Assembly (NCBI RefSeq): GCF_000175255.2
Contig: NC_017262.1
Coordinates: 1,260,001-1,292,000, forward strand
Reading direction: 5' to 3'
Origin: Zymomonas mobilis subsp. mobilis ATCC 10988
GTDB taxonomy: Bacteria; Pseudomonadota; Alphaproteobacteria; Sphingomonadales; Sphingomonadaceae
Length of the DNA: 32,000 bases
The notes below the pieces were generated by a model. The model did no database searches. It was not told the origin of the DNA and worked only from the letters and a program-made list of their open reading frames with translations. Numbering within the stretch: position 1 is the stretch's first letter; the number at the start of each line of letters is the position of its first letter. The position numbers and the translations under genes are program-made. Below, in pieces: positions 29,157-32,000 of this stretch.

Positions 29157-30379
29157 AACGCGACCCCTAAATGGCTGGCTACGGTATAGATATCTTTGTC
29201 GCCACGCCCTGAAAGATTAACAATAATGACTTTGTCTTTGCCCATTGTCGGGGCTATTTTGGCGGCTTCTGCCAAAGCATGGGAAGATTCCAATGCCGGA
29301 ATAATACCCTCTAATCGGCAAAGCTGCTGGAAAGCGGCCAAGGCTTCGTTATCCGTAATGGTTTCATAACGGACACGTTTTATGTCTTTTAACCAGCTAT
29401 GTTCAGGGCCAATACCCGGATAATCAAGACCGGCTGAAATCGAATGGGCATCTTTAATCTGACCATTCTCATCATAAAGAAGATAGGTGCGGTTTCCATG
29501 GACGATACCCGGTGCGCCGCCCGTTAAGCTGGCTGCATGACGACCGGTTTCCATGCCTTCACCGGCAGCCTCGACACCAATCATAGCGACATCTGTATCA
29601 TCAAGGAAAGGATGGAAAAGCCCCATAGCATTTGATCCACCGCCAACGGCTGCGATCAATAAATCCGGTAAACGCTTTTCTGCTTTTTGAATCTGCTCTC
29701 TGGCTTCGCGTCCAATCACGGATTGGAAATCACGCACCATTTCAGGATATGGATGGGGGCCTGCTGCCGTGCCAAGAATATAGAAAGTGTCATCAATATG
29801 AGCCACCCAATCACGCAGGGCTTCATTCATGGCATCTTTTAAGGTGCGGGAACCCGCTTTAACGGGACGAACCTCGGCACCTAACAATTTCATTCTAAAG
29901 ACATTGGGTTGCTGGCGCTCTGTATCCAGTTCACCCATAAAGACCGTGCAAGATAGACCAAAGCGAGCCGCAACGGTCGCCGTTGCGACACCATGCTGTC
30001 CGGCACCGGTTTCCGCGATAACGCGGGTTTTACCCATTCTTTTCGCTAATAAGACCTGACCGATGCAGTTATTGATTTTATGCGCACCCGTGTGATTAAG
30101 ATCTTCACGCTTCAAATAGATTTTTGCGCCGCCCCAGGCTTCTGTCAGGCGAGGCGCGAAATAAAGCGGGCTAGGACGACCGACATAATGCTCTAGCAGA
30201 TCATCTCTTTCTGCTATGAATGACGGGTCTTTCAATGCGCGCCGATATTCCTGATTAAGCTCAAGAATTAAAGGCATCAGGGTTTCGGGAACATATTGTC
30301 CGCCGAATGTGCCAAAATGCCCTCCTGCATCAGGTTGGGCGCGAAGAGAATTCGGAAGAACAGAATTAGATTGTTTCAT
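29153..30379 (-). CDS. trpB: Tryptophan synthase subunit beta
   Basis: [55 protein letters not shown]. Confidence 0.96.
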   Translation of the reverse strand: MKQSNSVLPNSLRAQPDAGGHFGTFGGQYVPETLMPLILELNQEYRRALKDPSFIAERDDLLEHYVGRPSPLYFAPRLTEAWGGAKIYLKREDLNHTGAHKINNCIGQVLLAKRMGKTRVIAETGAGQHGVATATVAARFGLSCTVFMGELDTERQQPNVFRMKLLGAEVRPVKAGSRTLKDAMNEALRDWVAHIDDTFYILGTAAGPHPYPEMVRDFQSVIGREAREQIQKAEKRLPDLLIAAVGGGSNAMGLFHPFLDDTDVAMIGVEAAGEGMETGRHAASLTGGAPGIVHGNRTYLLYDENGQIKDAHSISAGLDYPGIGPEHSWLKDIKRVRYETITDNEALAAFQQLCRLEGIIPALESSHALAEAAKIAPTMGKDKVIIVNLSGRGDKDIYTVASHLGVAL

Positions 30380-31011
30380 AATAGACGAACCGCTTGAAGG
30401 AATTGGGCAATCTTGTCCATATCCTTGATACCGGGTGATGTTTCGACACCCGAAGAAATATCGACCAGTTCTGCACCAGTGATAGCGACGGCTTGGGCTA
30501 TATTATTGGCATCAAGTCCGCCGGATAAAGCCCAAGGCAAAGGATGTTTATACTCTTTGAGTAAACGCCAGTCGAAGCGCCTGCCCATACCGCCCGGCAA
30601 TACGCCATCGGTACGTGCATCGTAAAGCAACCGATCGGCTAAACCGCGATAATGCGGTGCCTGTGCCAAATCTTGGCTGTTGGCAATAGAAAGCGCTTTC
30701 CATATTTTTACCTTAGGAAATGTCTCGCGGATGGAAGCTATCCGTTCAGCCGTTTCATGGCCGTGTAGCTGAAAACCCGTTAGGCCGGAAGCCAAGGCTC
30801 TTTCCAGTAAATTATTATCGGGATCAACAAAAACGCCCATCTTCTGGACGTGGTCGGGGATCTGCCGGATCAGCATAGCCGCTTTTTCTGGTGTTACCGA
30901 CCGTGGGCTTTTTTCAAAAAAGACAAAGCCGATGTAGTCTGCGCCATATCTGACGGCAGTCGCGACTGTCTCTTCTGTGGATAAACCACATATTTTTGTA
31001 CGAACCGACAT
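30376..31011 (-). CDS. trpF: Phosphoribosylanthranilate isomerase
   Basis: [63 protein letters not shown]. Confidence 0.94.
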   Translation of the reverse strand: MSVRTKICGLSTEETVATAVRYGADYIGFVFFEKSPRSVTPEKAAMLIRQIPDHVQKMGVFVDPDNNLLERALASGLTGFQLHGHETAERIASIRETFPKVKIWKALSIANSQDLAQAPHYRGLADRLLYDARTDGVLPGGMGRRFDWRLLKEYKHPLPWALSGGLDANNIAQAVAITGAELVDISSGVETSPGIKDMDKIAQFLQAVRLL

Positions 31012-31123
31012 TGTTATTACATCCGGAAAGAAACCCGTTGATCCCTTCAGATAAACTGAAAGTCCAGATACCTCTAAAGGATATTATCCATCGGGTCACA
31101 GTGTTTTTATGCTTCTCGGACGA

Positions 31124-31834
31124 TTATTTCCGGCGCAATTGTCTGGCAATAGCCGAGGCCACCTCGGCAGGTTCATCTGCACGGGTAATCGGGCGGCCAA
31201 TAACTAAAATAGAAGCGCCCCGATCCAAAGCATCGGCAGGCGTGCAAACCCGTTTTTGGTCACCAACGACACTATCGGCAGGCCGTATTCCGGGAACAAC
31301 AAAGAAGCCATCGCGCCATTCTTCATGCACCTGTTCGACTTCTTCACCAGAACAGACAATGCCATCCAGACCGGATCTACGTGCCAGACGTGCCAGTTTT
31401 TCAACCTGCGATTCTGGCGTTCCCGTCATGCCAATCACACCAAGATCACTTTGATCGAGACTGGTCAGAATAGTGACACCCACCACTTTCGAGCCTTTGT
31501 CTGCGGCCTTTTTGGCCGCGCGCATCATGGCTTCACCGCCTTCGGTATGAACCGTTAAAATAGCAGGCGGCGACTTGATCGCCTGAAACAAAGCCTCAAT
31601 CGCAGAAGCCACTGTATTCGGAATATCATGAAATTTGAGATCAAGAAAAATAGGCAGCCCTTGATCTGCGATTTTTTCAACCCCGTAATGGCCATGCGCC
31701 ATAAAAAATTCCAGACCAAGCTTGATCCCGCCAACATGAGGGCGGAGGATCGTCGCCAGCTTTTCAGCCTTTTTCAGGTCTGGTGTATCGAGGGCAACAA
31801 AAACGGGATTGGATAAAAAGTCAGTATTGGGCAC
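31124..31834 (-). CDS. pyrF: Orotidine 5'-phosphate decarboxylase
   Basis: VFVALDTPDLKKAEKLA, GIKLGLEFFM, IFLDLKFHDIPNTV, VVPGIRPADSVVGDQKRVCTPADALDRGASILVIGRPI. Confidence 0.95.
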   Translation of the reverse strand: MPNTDFLSNPVFVALDTPDLKKAEKLATILRPHVGGIKLGLEFFMAHGHYGVEKIADQGLPIFLDLKFHDIPNTVASAIEALFQAIKSPPAILTVHTEGGEAMMRAAKKAADKGSKVVGVTILTSLDQSDLGVIGMTGTPESQVEKLARLARRSGLDGIVCSGEEVEQVHEEWRDGFFVVPGIRPADSVVGDQKRVCTPADALDRGASILVIGRPITRADEPAEVASAIARQLRRK

Positions 31835-31847
31835 AGTGCATCAAACT

Positions 31848-32000
31848 CTATTGGCCAGTGAAAGCTGAGTCATTCTTCGTGAGTGACGGCGTCTCTACCG
31901 GCGGGTTTTCTGGCTGCATATCTGCAATCTGACGGTTGAGCTTGTCAATCCTTCTACGCCAATTCCAACGGGAAGCGCTGTGATAAAGCAATGCCGGAAC
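31848..32000 (-). CDS. LapA/DUF1049-like small membrane protein, C-terminal fragment
   Basis: Reverse strand reads VPALLYHSASRWNWRRRIDKLNRQIADMQPENPPVETPSLTKNDSAFTGQ* and runs off the right edge; position upstream of pyrF fits. Confidence 0.5.
   Translation of the reverse strand, partial: VPALLYHSASRWNWRRRIDKLNRQIADMQPENPPVETPSLTKNDSAFTGQ

Noticed and set aside
1-32000. CRISPR array, prophage, toxin-antitoxin or restriction-modification module
   Set aside because: I saw no regularly spaced repeats, phage structural genes or recognisable defence domains. The only mobile DNA found is the two IS5-family elements.

Overview
This 32 kb window is mostly ordinary bacterial chromosome. Protein families and gene order suggest an alphaproteobacterium, probably Zymomonas-like, but that is inference. 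+ strand: 3' end of a PQQ-type sugar dehydrogenase, DUF815 ATPase, Tat-signal aminotransferase, polyprenyl diphosphate synthase, HrpB helicase, PrmA, tRNA-Leu(CAA), a NitT/TauT-type ABC permease-ATPase pair, GrxB (interrupted) and an AmpG-like transporter. - strand: chorismate mutase, GT32-like glycosyltransferase, YnfM-like MFS transporter (interrupted), SucD next to two SdhC/SdhD-like membrane proteins, PcrA/UvrD helicase, RsmD, RluB-type pseudouridine synthase, dicarboxylate symporter, and a pyrF-trpF-trpB-trpA-accD-folC block. I found no CRISPR array or clear defence system. The best signals are: (1) a 7-G tract at the 5' end of the glycosyltransferase gene, exactly one base short of joining an upstream ATG to a canonical N-terminus, so it is either phase-variable, a recent frameshift or a sequencing error; (2) two different IS5-family elements, both inserted at CTAG inside genes (MFS transporter and grxB), where removing the element plus one CTAG restores each ORF exactly; (3) SdhC/SdhD-like anchor proteins with no sdhA/sdhB beside them and apparently altered ligand motifs; (4) a probable Tat-exported HisC-like aminotransferase; (5) a roughly 250-residue Arg/Ser/Asn-rich extension on the pseudouridine synthase; and (6) a possible short structured transcript upstream of the ABC transporter. 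No wholly new biological system could be supported from sequence alone.
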